A stretch of DNA of 64,000 nucleotides from Bilabrum cf. latius (Eukaryota): positions 682,001 to 746,000 of the forward strand of contig OZ237753.1 in NCBI GenBank assembly GCA_965178125.1. Reading direction: 5' to 3'. Both the position numbers and the translations under genes were made by a program. How positions within the stretch are numbered: the first letter of the stretch is position 1; each line of letters opens with the position of its first letter. The notes under the pieces are model-generated. The model made no database searches, had not been told where the DNA came from, and worked only from the letters and a program-made list of their open reading frames with translations. This document shows positions 38,793 through 51,500 of this stretch, in pieces.

Positions 38793-41453
38793 ATGAAATC
38801 TTTGGCCATGCTCTACATAATGCTTTATCTGGTGCTTATACTTGGATTTACAGGCACAAATGCAGCGAAAGGCATAGTAGACTACGTGCAGTGCAGCCTT
38901 TGTGAAGTGAGCACCAACAGAACGTTTTTGAATGATTCACGCATCAGTATGAAACTTCGCCAGATTAGCTTGACACTATTCGGACCTGTTCATGAAAGTA
39001 TCCGCCAAGGTACCTTGCCTTACTGATAGAGTCGGTTCTCTTGGGTGACACGTGTAGTCGCCACACAGTTGCTGTTCTCGTTTCATGGCGACGAAACGCG
39101 CATCCCTCTGCTTCCCACCGGATTGCAGTCGAAGCCACTGCACGGGAAGATTGATGACTGCTGTTGCGACGTAGACACCGTGGTGTAGGCCAACGACAAG
39201 CACTTCTTGCCGGCGTTGAACCTGCTCACAAAGACGACGTACTTCCGATTGTTTCGTGCCGATCTGTGGCGCACGTGCCCGTTCTGGGAGGAGGACGGTC
39301 AGTGCAACAATGAACGCTGCTCGGTGTGCCCGTGCGGCCCAGAGGAAGTGCCCACATGCTGGGAGGGTTCGGGCCACAAGGACCAGTCCGCCGCCAGGAT
39401 GCCCTCCTCCCCCGACGTGGACCTGGGGTGGGCAGGGGCAGGGGCAGGGGCAGGGGCGGGAGCAGGGACGGCAGGGGGCGCTGGTGGGTTCGGCTATGAT
39501 TCTGCTGAGGCAACCAAGACCACGGAGCAGGCCAGGCAGGCAGGGTCATTCCGCGGCTGGTCCCTGCCAGTTGGCGAGGCAGCCGATCGAGCATGGGCTA
39601 TCGCGGACAATGATAGCCCCACGCTCGAGTACGTGGATCTCGTGCGGAACCCAGAGGGGTACACAGGCTATGCAGGCCCCAAGGCGCATCGCATTTGGCG
39701 CAGCGTGTACGAGGAGAATTGCTTCGAAGGCGGCCCGGAGCCAACACCAATGCCCTTGGCTGCTTCTTCTTCTTCGTCCGCTGCGAACGGATCGTGCGCT
39801 GGCGGCGACGCTGGTAGCAAGGAGGGCGAGAGGTCAGCCGCGGAGGGTGCGTAGTCGGGGAGTCCGGCCGCCTCGTGTGAAGATCCCTTCGAAGCGGGTT
39901 TGACCATGGGAGCCGAGGCGCAGTCGGATCCGGGCGTCTGCCTCGAGGAGCGGGTCTTTCGGAGGCTTGTATCCGGGCTGCACGCGTCTATCAGCACGCA
40001 CATCGCCGCCACGGAGCAGATGGACGAGACAGCAGCGGTGGCCGGCCAGCTCTCCGGTCGGGGTTGGGCGACTGGCCGCAACCCCGACCTCGACTCTTGG
40101 CTCAGGCGCGTGGGGAGGTGGCCAGACCGGCTGCACAACCTGTATTTTGCATTTGTGTTTGCCCTGAGGTCGGTGGCGAAAGCCGCCCCTCTGCTGGAGC
40201 TGGCCCCCCTGAGGACGGGCGACGAGGCCGAGGACGGGGCGGCCAGGCGGCTCCTGCGGCAGCTCTTGCGCTCCGATGCGCCAAGGGGGGTACTCTTCGG
40301 CTTCGACGAGTCGAAGATGTTCCGAGTTGACATGCCCAGCCGCGGAGACGAAGGCCAGGACCACGGTAGCGAGGCAGAGGCAGGGGGAGGGGGAGGGGGA
40401 GGGGGAGGGGGAGGGGGAGGGGGAGGGGGAGGGGGAGGGGGAGGGGTTGGCGATCGTGCCGACGCGGACGGTAGCTCGCGCGGGGGCGCCTCGTGCCCCT
40501 CAGTGAAGCACGGGCTGGGCGACGTGCACGATCTCGAGAGAAGGTTCCACGCGGGGCAGGTGGCCGGCACAGGGAACAACAACAGGGCGCTCCAGGACGC
40601 CAGGGAAGCGGCGGATGCGGCCCAGCGCGCGATGCAGGGCCGCAAGCGGGCGCTCAGGGAGGAGTTCCGACAGAAGTTCCGCAACATCAGCAGGGTCATG
40701 GACTGCGTGGGGTGCGAGAAGTGCAGGCTTTGGGGCAAGTTGTAGTTCCTAGGCGTGGCTAATGCGCTCAAGGTGCTGCTGGCCGATGACAGAGACTCGG
40801 CTGCTCTCGAGGTTCTGGGGGGGGAGCACATCGAGGTGCTTGAGACCCCGGTGGCGCTGGCAGGGGGGTGGAAAGGCGCGGCCGACGGCGGTTTAGCGGT
40901 GAGTGAGCTGGTGGCGGTGGGGCATGGGTTCCCTGGGGAGTCGAATCTCGCCAGGCGAAGGTTCCCTGAGGGGCTGGGTGTCGCCGTGGAGAGCGCGCAG
41001 GACGGTAGCTTGCGGCTGCTGGCGTGGAGGAACAAGAGCAAGAACAAGAGCAAGATATAGGCTGCAAGGTAGAGCGTGGGAGCTGGTGCGAAAGAAGAAG
41101 AGGAAGGCGCGCCAGAGGCTGTTCTAGCCGCGGCCAAAGAGGGAAGGATACCCCACGATGCGTGGGTGGCGGTGGAGCTCAGCCGGAACGACCTGGTCGC
41201 ACTAGTGAACGTTCTGCACAGGCTCGCTCTGTCGGTCCGGGAGGTGGAGGAGATGAGGGGGAGAGAGCTGGCCAGGGCACTGCAGGGATGGACGGTAGTG
41301 GCAGGGCAGGTGGGGGCGGTGCTGCTGGGACTGGTGGGGGTGATCGTGGCTGGGCTCCGGTGGAGGTACGCGGTACCTGTGCAGCCGCTTGCACGGAACT
41401 ATGGGGGGGCAAAGCTTGCCGGGGATGGCAGGCATGATAAGAAAAACTAGTGA
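38793..41453 (+). CDS. ERO1: ER oxidoreductin 1 with C-terminal transmembrane helix
   Basis: Signal peptide; intron 38907-39128; [107 protein letters not shown]. Five TAGs; ends KKN-TAG-TGA. Confidence 0.93.
40381..40446 (+). repeat. (GGGGGA)n microsatellite encoding poly-Gly within ERO1
   Basis: About 10 copies of gggga g hexamer giving a run of about 20 Gly. Confidence 0.85.
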
Positions 41454-41838
41454 TTGCAATAATTTGGTCTATTTCTGGTTGTGCGATCCGATTTCGGGGC
41501 ACAGACTCGTTGCACCGACGGTGATGTCGAACATTGCAAGAACGATGCTCTTCTCGCCAAGAGCAGTGAGTATTATGCATGGACAACGCATGTATACAGC
41601 AACCAGTCCCCCAAAACACTGGCAACAGCACTAGGATCCGAATCGGATCTTGTTTGTCGATGCGACCAAACCCAAACCCAAACCGGAACACGCCCGCGTT
41701 CTTCACGCGACATAATTTGACAGCTCCCAGCTCCCACAACTCTCAGCTACATCGGGTGGATTCATTCGACCTGTAGCTACTGCAAGCCAACTACATATTC
41801 ATCGAGACTACAACTACATCATCTGGCACTGGAAGGCC

Positions 41839-43527
41839 ATGAACTCGCGCTCCTGGCCTGCGACGAGGCCCAACTGTCTCACGACATTTCGAACCTCGCA
41901 CAGGACCAAGTCTTGCGAGCGCAACGGCAAGAGGCTGCACATGGACGAGACCGGCTGGATTGAACGCATCAAGAACCGCCATGGCACCATATTCGGCAGC
42001 CTCTTCAAGGCCAGCCGGACACTTGCCGCGGAGATGGTTCTCGACCACCCAGCTGGCAATTCGTCGTCGTTCGCCGTGAAGGAGTCCAGCGAGGCGCTCA
42101 TGAAGGCGAAGACGTCGACGGAGGGCGCACCTACGATCGAGGATCCCATTCAAGAGATACGCATTCTCGACTACCTCCATTCAGCTCGCCATGAGCCGCA
42201 TCCGAATGTGAGCCGTGTCGTCGCTTCGGCCTCTGATGGCAAGTACCACTACACGGTCATGCCATGGTACGAGCACGGCGACGCGCTGGATCACATCAAT
42301 AATGCAGTTGGCAATGGCAGCTGGACCGAGATGCGTGCATGCCGGCTGTTCTACGGGGCGCTCAAGGGCCTGCACCACATGCACTGCATGGGGGTGGTGC
42401 ACGGCGACATCTCCCCGGAGAATATCCTGGTGGGCGACCACGGCGAGGGCGTCATCGCTGACCCGGGCCAGGCCATGGACCGCTGGACGCAGCCTCCTCG
42501 CGGAGCCACCAAGGCGCCGGACGGCGGCCCGCTGCCTCCGGGGGCGGACGGTCTCCGCGGGGGGCATGGCAAGCTCAACTTCGCGGCCCCTGAGCTGCGG
42601 ACTGGCGGTGTGTACGACGAGCGCGCGGACGTGTACTCGCTGGCCATGTGCGCGTGGGTGATGCTACTTGCATTCGTACCCAAGAGCAGCTTCCTGCAGT
42701 CCGAGGCCGCGCTGCACAACTAGATCAGGCGGTCCCAGAGGTACGCCTGTCTGTCCGAGGCGGGTCGGGACTTCCTGACCTTCATGGTGCGGCGTGCTAC
42801 CGAGGACAGGCCCAGCATGGCGGACATCTTCGCGCACCCGTTCCTGCAGCAGCTGCCTGAGGTGCGGGCCAGGGGCAGTCCCGGGGCACTGCGGAAGCGC
42901 ATCGAGGCCGAGACAGCTGCGGCTGAGACGTGCAACAGGGAGGTGCATGCGTGGTACGTGATGCATCTGCGAGGAGAGGCGGGGGCAGGGACTGGGGCTG
43001 GGACTGGGGCTGGGGCTGGGGCTGGGCAGGCCCGTGGAGGGGCAGGAGCTCCTGCTTCAGCACCTGCACCTGCACCTGCACCTGCACCTGCACCTGCACC
43101 TGCACCTGCGCCCGTGCCCATGCAGTCTGCGCCCATGCAAGCTGCATCCGACATGGACCCGTGGGCTGGGCCCGCTGCAGCGGATCTGCACATGCTGGCG
43201 TCAGTGGCCGCAGGGACCAAGGACTCCGGGGGTGCATCGCATGCACAGCAGGAGGACCCCTGGGATGCACCGCTCGCATGGGGATGGGGGTCCCATGCCG
43301 TGCAACCGGCGTGCCTTGGGGCGTCCGGTCACGATGGGCCGCACTGGCATGGCCCGGGCGGCCCGGGTATCACCGACATGGCGATGGGCTCCGGCTGCAT
43401 GGACGCGGCTGGATGGCCAGAGGGCCAGATGCCCATGGCCAGCTCGTCAAGCGGCAGCTCGGCTGCACCTGCCACCGGTGGGGCCGGTCGCGGGATGGAC
43501 GGGTCGGACGAGCAGTGGGGCAGCTGA
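41839..43527 (+). CDS. Ser/Thr protein kinase (CAMK-like, divergent motifs)
   Basis: FAVKES, QEIRIL, HPNV, VHGDISPENILV, IADPG, GKLNFAAPE, DVYSL, then TAG 42721 followed by subdomain XI (EDRPSMADIFAHPFL). TGA stop. Start uncertain. Confidence 0.8.
42985..43110 (+). repeat. Hexamer microsatellites (GGGGCT/GGGACT and GCACCT) encoding (GA/GT)n and (AP)n
   Basis: Seen directly in the kinase C-terminal tail. Confidence 0.8.
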
Positions 43528-44278
43528 TCAAGCTGTGCCTCTGTGGAAGATCCGCAACTACTACAACGACGACTACTGCTGCTTGCAGCTTCAAGAATGG
43601 AGACGACAGTAGCAGCGATACAGCCTGACTCCTCTGCTAGAGGACGATGAGAGAAGCAGAGCGACACCAGCTCTTACAAGCAACACCACTATGGGGAATA
43701 GTCTGCACCGAGCCCCGGCCAGCTGCAGCCCCCAAGTGGAGGAAATCAAGACCATCCAAACCCCTCAAAAAAAGGGAAAAGGAAAAGAAAAAAAAGTCAA
43801 GAATACGTGAGAACAAGATCTACAAGAAGAAGAACAACCAAATATCGAGAGCCCCACTGCCCCTCATCCTGGATCGGCGGCCACGGCGGGCCGCTGGAAC
43901 GCGCGGACAGACGAGGTGGGGTGGGGTGTGGGAGACCTTGCCCCCGCCTCAGCCCAGTCGCGAGGACTCGGACGCGCACTACAGCGGGGGGTGGTCCAGG
44001 GCCTCTGGACTAGCAGTGGCATGTGCATTGAGTACGAGAATGAGACACTTCAAACTCTATACACACTCGAGCTGCGTTTGCAATCACGGACACTTCGGCG
44101 TGCTCCCTGCGCCCTCTGCCTGCTCACTCAGCCACAGGGGCTAGCAGCGCCCAATGCTCTAAGCAGCAGTGCGATCTCTTAGGTCGAGTAGCCAAGCGCG
44201 AATAAATATCTCTGCCAATGCACATACACTAGTATCGTGTGCAAAGTGCATGCCCACCGCCACCGCGCGGCTCCCGGG

Positions 44279-47200
44279 TCACTCCACAAGCCCCAGCTGA
44301 CCGAGCGCAGCATCGAATGCAGCATCATCGTCAACGAGCCTGTCGTCTCCCTGATCCAAACCTGCCTCCGACGCGACTGATGCAGAGGCGCCCGTGAGGC
44401 CCCTGAGCCGCGCAGTGCCGGAAGCGCTCCCGCTGGCCATGGAGGAAGCGGGAGATGCAGGGGTGGCGGGGGTGCCGATCGAGGAGTCGCCACCTGCGGC
44501 CCTAGTCCCTACACCAACACCTGCCCTTGCATTCGAAGCGCGCGAACCGAAATGCAACGCATCGGCGTGCACCGGTCCCGCACTCGTCACACGGTCGCGC
44601 CCCCAAGACCCCAGCTTGCCCCGATCGCGGTCCGCCGGGCCGTCGCTTGATCTCCGAGGCCGCCCGTCATCCACACGTATGCCGCCGCCACCGGCGCCAT
44701 CACCGCCCCGGCCTCCTGCAGGAGACCAGGGCTGCCTGGAAGATGCGAACTGTTTCTAGCCCGAGCTGCTCCCACCGCTGGACACACCGAAGGCAGCGCT
44801 GGGAGCAGTGCCCGATCGCCTGTGCGCGCCACCCTTGCCTACCTATCCCTTGCTGGCCCCACCTTCCGTGCCGTGGCCCGCCCCCGCCACCGCCCTGCGG
44901 CGCTGCTCTGAGGACGTGCTGAGCGCCGCCGCACTCGTCACACTGCCATCGGGGCCCGCCCTGTGGTCGGGCACGCCAGCAGAGCTGGCTGCCGACACCC
45001 GCCCGCCGTCCTCGCACCTACCCGCCGAAGACCCCGCATCCAGCCCGACCGCTTCCAGCGCTGCCACCGTTGACGGCAACGAGCCGGGCATGGGACCCAT
45101 CGCGGGAACCGGATACCCTTCACCAGCACTAGTGCCAGTGCCAGTGCCAGTGCCTGCCCGAGCGCCGGCTCGCGCGCCTGCATCTGCTCCCGGTGCGTCC
45201 ATTGCACCACCGTGCGATGCACCCTGACCTCGGAAGCCTGTCAGTGGGTGCGCCCTTCCGCCACCGCTCCCGGGCCGTCCCACCCCCACCACAGCACCTC
45301 GAGCCAGCGCGTCGGCAGACAACGCCGTGCGCGCGCCAGGCGAGGACGAGGACGCATAGTAGTGCGGCACGTCCCGCTTACTGGCTCCGGGTCCACTCTC
45401 CTCAGGACGATCCGGCAGCCGAGGGGAACTGCCGATGTTGAACTCGAGCTGGCGTATGATGGGCGACCCGCAGTCCGTGGTAGCGTCATCCCCACCGAGT
45501 ACCGAGGTCTCCACCGATCCAGCCACGGAGCGTCGGCCGCTCGTAGCCCTGCCCACGGACCCCAGCCGCAGCAAGCCCCCGCTCAGCCCGCTCCCCACTC
45601 GCTGCAGCCCCCCACCATCCCTGTACTCCAGCCCCAGGCCCATCGGGAGACCATCCGTGGACCGAGGTGACAGCCCACGGGCCCCGGCCTCTGCAAGCAG
45701 CACGCTGCTGGGAACGCTGGCCGATCCCAATTCGTCCGCGCTACGTCTCCCGGAGCCCGTTGTGCCCACAGACCCTATCCCGTCATCTGCCCCGCCCCTC
45801 GTCGCGCTGAGCCGAGGCAGTCGCGGGGGCAGGCTTGAGCCGTGCACCGGCGTGTTGAGGCCGCTACTGCCTCCACGAGCCGCAGCACTGCCTGCCATGC
45901 TGCCTGCCATGCTCCCGCTCCCAGAACTGCTGCTTCTGTCGTTCGTAGCAATGACCTGCACGCCCCCCGGCTGCATCTAGGCGGAGGAGGAGGAAGCAGG
46001 AAAAAAACCAGTGGCAGAGACGCCCGATGCGGCACCACTGCCATGCCCTGCACCTGGCGTGCGGGGGGCGTCATCATGCCCACCAGCAGCACCGGCTGCT
46101 CGACCTGCGTACAACCTCACCCCACCAGGGCCAGGAGAGCCTGCGGGTGGCAGCCTTGGTCCAACATGGCTGCCAGCTGATCCAGCGCCCGCAGCATCGG
46201 CAGCTCTGCCAGGTCCCCTTCGGATCCCACCGCGGGGGTCACAAGATGCGGCCAAAGGTGCCGCCCCTGCTGCCGCGGGCTCCTCGGGCACTGTGGCCAT
46301 GCACCCCGTGCTCGTGGCAGGAGCGGAAGAAGCCAGCCTTCGCTCGCCTCCGCCAATGCCACCGGCCCCCCTCACGCGGATATCGCCGCCTGCAGGGGAC
46401 GTTCCCCCGTGCACGCCTATGCCACTGATTCGAGCCCTAGCGGGTGATGGTCGGCTCTTCCTCTTCATTGCCTGCCCCCTGGGGGTGTGCAGCAGCGATA
46501 CCAAGTCACACTTCCTAGCCCTCCTCTGTCTCACCCCAGTCTCCGAGGCCTCCTTCACAGAGAGCCCCTCTTCCGTGGCACGGTATTGTTCCCTGAGCGC
46601 GCGCATGTCCGCGGTGGTGATTCGCTCCGCGAACACCCTCCGCATGAAATCGTCCGCCGAGTCACCTAGTTCCCTTGGCACCTTGCGCAGGAGAGGCAGC
46701 ACCTCGTCAAAGTCCAGCTTGAGGAGGCGCGGCCGCACCAGCCGCAGCACTGCGAGTGCCACTCGGAAGACGATCTTGCCCTCCGTCTCGTGCCCGTCGT
46801 GGAAGAAAGCGTCGAACACCCTGGTGACCCGGTCGAAGGGGAAGCAGTAGCTGTACAGAGTGAGCACCCACTGAGAGGCAAACATGGAGGGGTGGAGCCC
46901 CTTCGTCCTGAAATACGAGCCCAGGTCGGGCATGTGCTTGTCGATGAGCTTCGTGAGGATCCAAAGCGACTCCTGCAGCCGGGGCAGTGCGGGCAGGAAC
47001 AGTTCCCTGAGCCTGCCCCTGTACATGAGGGCCACGATGGTCCAGAACGCGCTCTCTTCGGGGAGGTGTATGAGCAGGGCGCCCGCCAGGAAGCCCATCC
47101 CCTGGCAGTACCCCACGTCGGGGTCATACACGGCATACGCGGCAAGGACTCGCCGGAGCGAGAGCTGGCCCGGGCTGTCGTGCCCCATGAACTGGCGGTG

Positions 47201-47919
47201 GCGGGGGTATGTCCTGGACAAGTCTCGGTCGATGTACGCCAGGTCCGTCGCCGGGAGCAGCCGCTTGGTCAGAGAAGCGTACATGCCTGCGAAAAATGAA
47301 TAGTGCGGGGCTCATGTTGCAGTGTTCGTGTGAGATAGACGAGCAGCACTAGGCATATAGCTCGGCAGCACAGGCACGAGCGAGTGAAAGCCAACCCAGT
47401 GGTAACCAAACTCTGCACTAAGGCTAGACGCAGTGAACCACAGGGCAACTAGACCCAGAAGCTTGCGCGCCACAGGAAGACAATGCTACGTTCGCTCCAA
47501 TAATGCAGATTCTTGCCAGATTCACCACAAAGCACCACGACGGAGCGATGATGCTTGTGCGGATAGCATCCGTTTCCGTGCAGCCAGTACTGGCATATAG
47601 CCTTACCTGGATGATCCTAAAGCAATGCATCGCTACCACAGAGCTTCATCCAAACCTAGGGTCTGCATGCGGTAGGAATGCCCTTCCGCACCCGTGTTTT
47701 CAGCCTGGCTGTGCCTGTCCAGGTGGCCCACCGCTCCAACATGCTCCTCCACTTCTTCAATCGGGAATTCTCCAACCAAACTTCATCTTTAGTCAGAGGC
47801 CTACTCCGACAAACCGTATCAGAGCCTTCTTCTGCGTCCAGAAAACCGAAACGATCCGGCTTCGAACCAGACCGAGCTGTCGAGGCGGAAGGAGTCGGGG
47901 TTCCACCCGCCGAACTCAT
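44279..47919 (-). CDS. TBC-domain Rab GTPase-activating protein (EVI5/TBC1D10-like)
   Basis: DRFGF..RLKKWRSML..RVRKGIPTACRP*VW; intron 47287-47606; IDRDLSRTYP, YCQGMGFL, EESAFW, FASQWVLTLY. Tail joined via TAGs at 45977, 44843 and about 44756; TGA at 44279. Confidence 0.9.
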
Positions 47920-48553
47920 GCTCTGACGAGCCCTCAGCCTTAACTCTACCCGTAACCCGAAATTGTGACACTGATAGCGGGGAAAAGTTGAAAATGTAAG
48001 GCCAAGAGGCCCAGAAAGGATATGCGCGTTCGGCAGGTGTTGCGAATGTGCCGTGTACTTTGCAGTAGCCATCCGGTTTTTGGTAGGAAACCGCTCCTTT
48101 GGGATTGAGCAGGAGTTCAGGCTTGTGAACAAAGTCCGGGCGCTCTATGCAGCATTTACCTGCTATTGGTAATGATGGACCCACTGTGCTGATTCGGGGG
48201 CCACATACGGGATGCAGTGGCTCCTGCTGAGACAGTGCAACTAGCTTGTTTTTTGCGACCAACGGTGCCATTTCTAGCAACGGCACCTCGACACCCTAAA
48301 TAGCACAAACGTTCCCCCATCAGAAGGTTAACAGCGGGTTTAAGTGCGACATTTACATTGGGAGTGTGTACTATTTGAACTGGTTGAAACCATTGGCCGA
48401 AGGCAAGGGGTGACTGCAGCTTGTCTCACGCACGGTCAGTGTTGGCATTCGTGCCCAAAATCGGCGATAGGGCTCAGCGCTTCCTTGTGTCACACTGGAA
48501 ACGGACCCTTCTTCACCTAGAGATTGGCTTGATTTACCCGAGGGTGTGGGATA

Positions 48554-51500
48554 ATGGATAAGTTCGATGTCATCAAGACGCTGGGGCGCGGAGCATTCGC
48601 CGAGGTCAAGCTGATCAAAAAGAAGACAACAGGGGAGATGTTCGTGGCGAAAGTGTTCCATACTGCCATGTCAGATCTATCGGAAAGAGAAAGGCTGGAG
48701 ATTGCGCAGGAGATCAAGCTGCTGGCGCATCTGTCGCATCCAAGTGAGAATCTGCTGCCGCCAACGCCAACGCATCCCTGAGCAACGCAGCTCATACCCC
48801 TGACAACGTCACCGCATTTCTCTTGTCGCAGATATCGTTAGGTTTGTGGACAATTTCGTGGAGGACGACCGAATGCGGATCATCATGGAGTACGCATCTG
48901 GCGGCAGCCTGGATCGGAAGGTGATGCTCCAGGAAGGCAACTTGTTCGAAGAGGAGCGCATCTGGGAGTACTTCGTGTAGATTGTGGCCGCACTGAAGTA
49001 CGTTCACAGCGTGCATGTGCTGCATCGAGATCTCAAGCCGTAGAACATCCTGCTGACCGGCCCCCAGCATCGCATCGTCAAGCTCGCCGATTTCGGGATA
49101 GCAAAGGTCTTGTCGTCAAAGACCGAACAGGCGCAGACCCTGATCGGTACTCCGCAGTTTCTTTCCCCGGAGCTGTGCGCGGGCTCCAAGTACGATTCCA
49201 AGAGCGACGTGTGGGCGCTGGGCTGCATCCTGTACGAGCTGGCGCAGCTGAGGAAGCCATTCGACGGCTCCAACATGCCGGCCATCTTTTTGTCCATCAT
49301 GAGGAGCAAGCCAAGGGCGCTTCCATCCAAGTACAGCAAGGAGCTCAGGGGCCTCGCCGCCCTCCTCCTCAGGCCGCGCCCGGAGGACCGCCCTAGCCTC
49401 GCCGACCTAGAGCGGATGCCAGCGGTCGAGGCCCGCTGGAAGAAATGGAGGGCGACGAGGAGGAGACTCATGGCCCCGCTGCCCACCCCAAAAGGCATGG
49501 GTGGAAGCGGGGGCGGGGCCGGGGGCCGCCCTCCGAGCACCGGGGGCGGGGATAGCCCCATGCCCACGGGTGATGATGAGGACGACCTCTGCGCTGCGAG
49601 GGGTCGGGAGGGCGTGCTGCTTCAAGTCGTGCCGCAGACTCCTTCCAGCGTTCGTTAGAAGCTGAGGAAGGAGGCGGCCGAGCTGGAGGCAAAGATCACG
49701 GACGAAGTGGCGCTCCTGGCGAGGCAGTCACAGGCCGCGAGCCGAGTGGAGGACGCAGATAGGCTGCAGGTGCGGCTGCGTGAGATCGTGTCTGAGCTCA
49801 TGGAGAAGGGCCAGGGCTTCGGGGCGACTATCTGGGAGCAGCTGGGCCGGGCGTGCGCCGATTCTGGGGCGTTCGACGAGGCGATCCAGTCGTATCGCCA
49901 GGCCCTGAGCCGCAGCTCGAGCAGCAACCAGAGCTCGATGAACACCATGGAGCAGCTGGGCAACCTCTTGGTCAGGCGGGCCCAGCAGGTGTGGGCCATG
50001 GCTCGTCTGGGCAGGGAACAGGAAGCGCTGGAGGCCGGTCGCAAGGCGCTGGTGGGTCGCAACCAGCTCATGGGGAAGCATGGGAGGAGGGCGGGCGCGA
50101 GGCGCCGGTCGCGAGGCGTCGGGCGGGGGTCTCGCCTTGGGAGGGGTGCTCGTGGTGGTGGCGACACGCCCGGGGCGGGCAGGGGGCAGGTTGCCGGCGG
50201 CAGTGAGCTGGAGACCGGCGACCCGGAGTGGAAGAAGATGGCGGCCGAGCTGATGGTGGAGGGCGTGATGCACATCGAGAGGCTGAGGTCCCTGCTGCCT
50301 ACCCCAGAGAGGTGCTCTCTGCTGGGCTCTGCCTTCAAGCGGAGGGCCTGGACGGGGCTGGGCGACAGCCGGAAGAAGGATCTACAGTACGCCGCGGAGG
50401 CCTACCGCGAGGCCTGGAACATGGAGCTCGGGAGGGCAGAGGACGAGGTGGAGCGACTGGACGCCGAGACCGGGCTGCAGGGGACGCAGGAGCAGGAGGA
50501 GGCCAAGAAGGACGAGAAGATGCTGATCCGATCGACCGACGACCAAGAGGACCTGCACGTGAGCGACAGCAGCGACTCGGCGGCCCTGGAGGACGAGGAG
50601 GACTACGCCTACGCTCTGTCCATGGGCGGAGGTGACGGGTCTGGCACGGGCACCGGGCGGTCGTCCATGGGCGGCGAGGATGATGCAGAGACAGACGACG
50701 AGGAGCACTCGAAGGATCCGGTGGCGAAGCAGAAGAGAAGGCTCGGCAGGAGGAGGGAGAGGCTGATGCTCCGGCCCAACCCCTACGCCCGTCTCAACCA
50801 GCTCACTCTCGAGCTGCTGGCCGGGTCTGGCTCCAAACGAAGGGTGGCTCGGCTCGCGCGGCGCGTGAGGGAGGCAGAGTTCTTTGCATCCAAAAAGAAG
50901 GAAAGAGAGGCCAGTGATGTGTGGCTGTGGGTGCAGGTGGTAGATGCGCGCTGCCTCAGGTACCTGATTGACGACGGCAAGTTTGACAGCGAGCAGGCGC
51001 TCAAAGACGAAGCTGGTATCGAGAGCGCGGACCCGTCCGGCAGCGTGTCAGCGGCAGCAGCTGCAGGGGATGCCAAGGGCAGCGATGGGCCCGCGGATCC
51101 TCGCAAGCGGCCCAACCCGCTGATGGAAGCACCCACGCTTCAGACCGTGTCTGCTGGTTACAAGGAGCAGTTCGTCTTTGGTGCCACGCAGCGAGTGCGG
51201 TCCAGCGTCATGGATCAGCTCGGCTTCCTCGAGGAGGTGCTGCAGGGCAGGGTCAAGGAGGAAGAGGACAAGCAGCCCACGCCAAGGGTCCCGCCCGCGG
51301 GCAGCGCCGCCGCCGCTGCCGCTGCAGCGGGCGGGAAGCACAGCGGCCGGGGCGGAGTGGAAGATTCAATGTCAAGCATTGGCGAGAGCGGCTCGGTCGT
51401 TGGCATGACTCCCAAGCCAGGGGGCGACGGTTAGCTCGGCGCCTCCGTGCAGCCTGCGCTGCCAGGGCAGGTGGAGTCGCCCCGCGCCGTCCCCATGCCT

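Noticed and set aside
42400-42470. Pseudokinase call for the 41839-43527 kinase (HGD, DPG)
   Set aside because: The catalytic Lys, the catalytic-loop Asp/Asn and the Mg-binding Asp are retained, so inactivity cannot be claimed.
47920-48553. Possible suppressor tRNA(CUA) or other ncRNA in the larger intergenic gaps (also 41454-41838 and 43528-44278)
   Set aside because: I could not find a cloverleaf or T-loop/anticodon arrangement by eye; a tRNAscan/Infernal run is needed.
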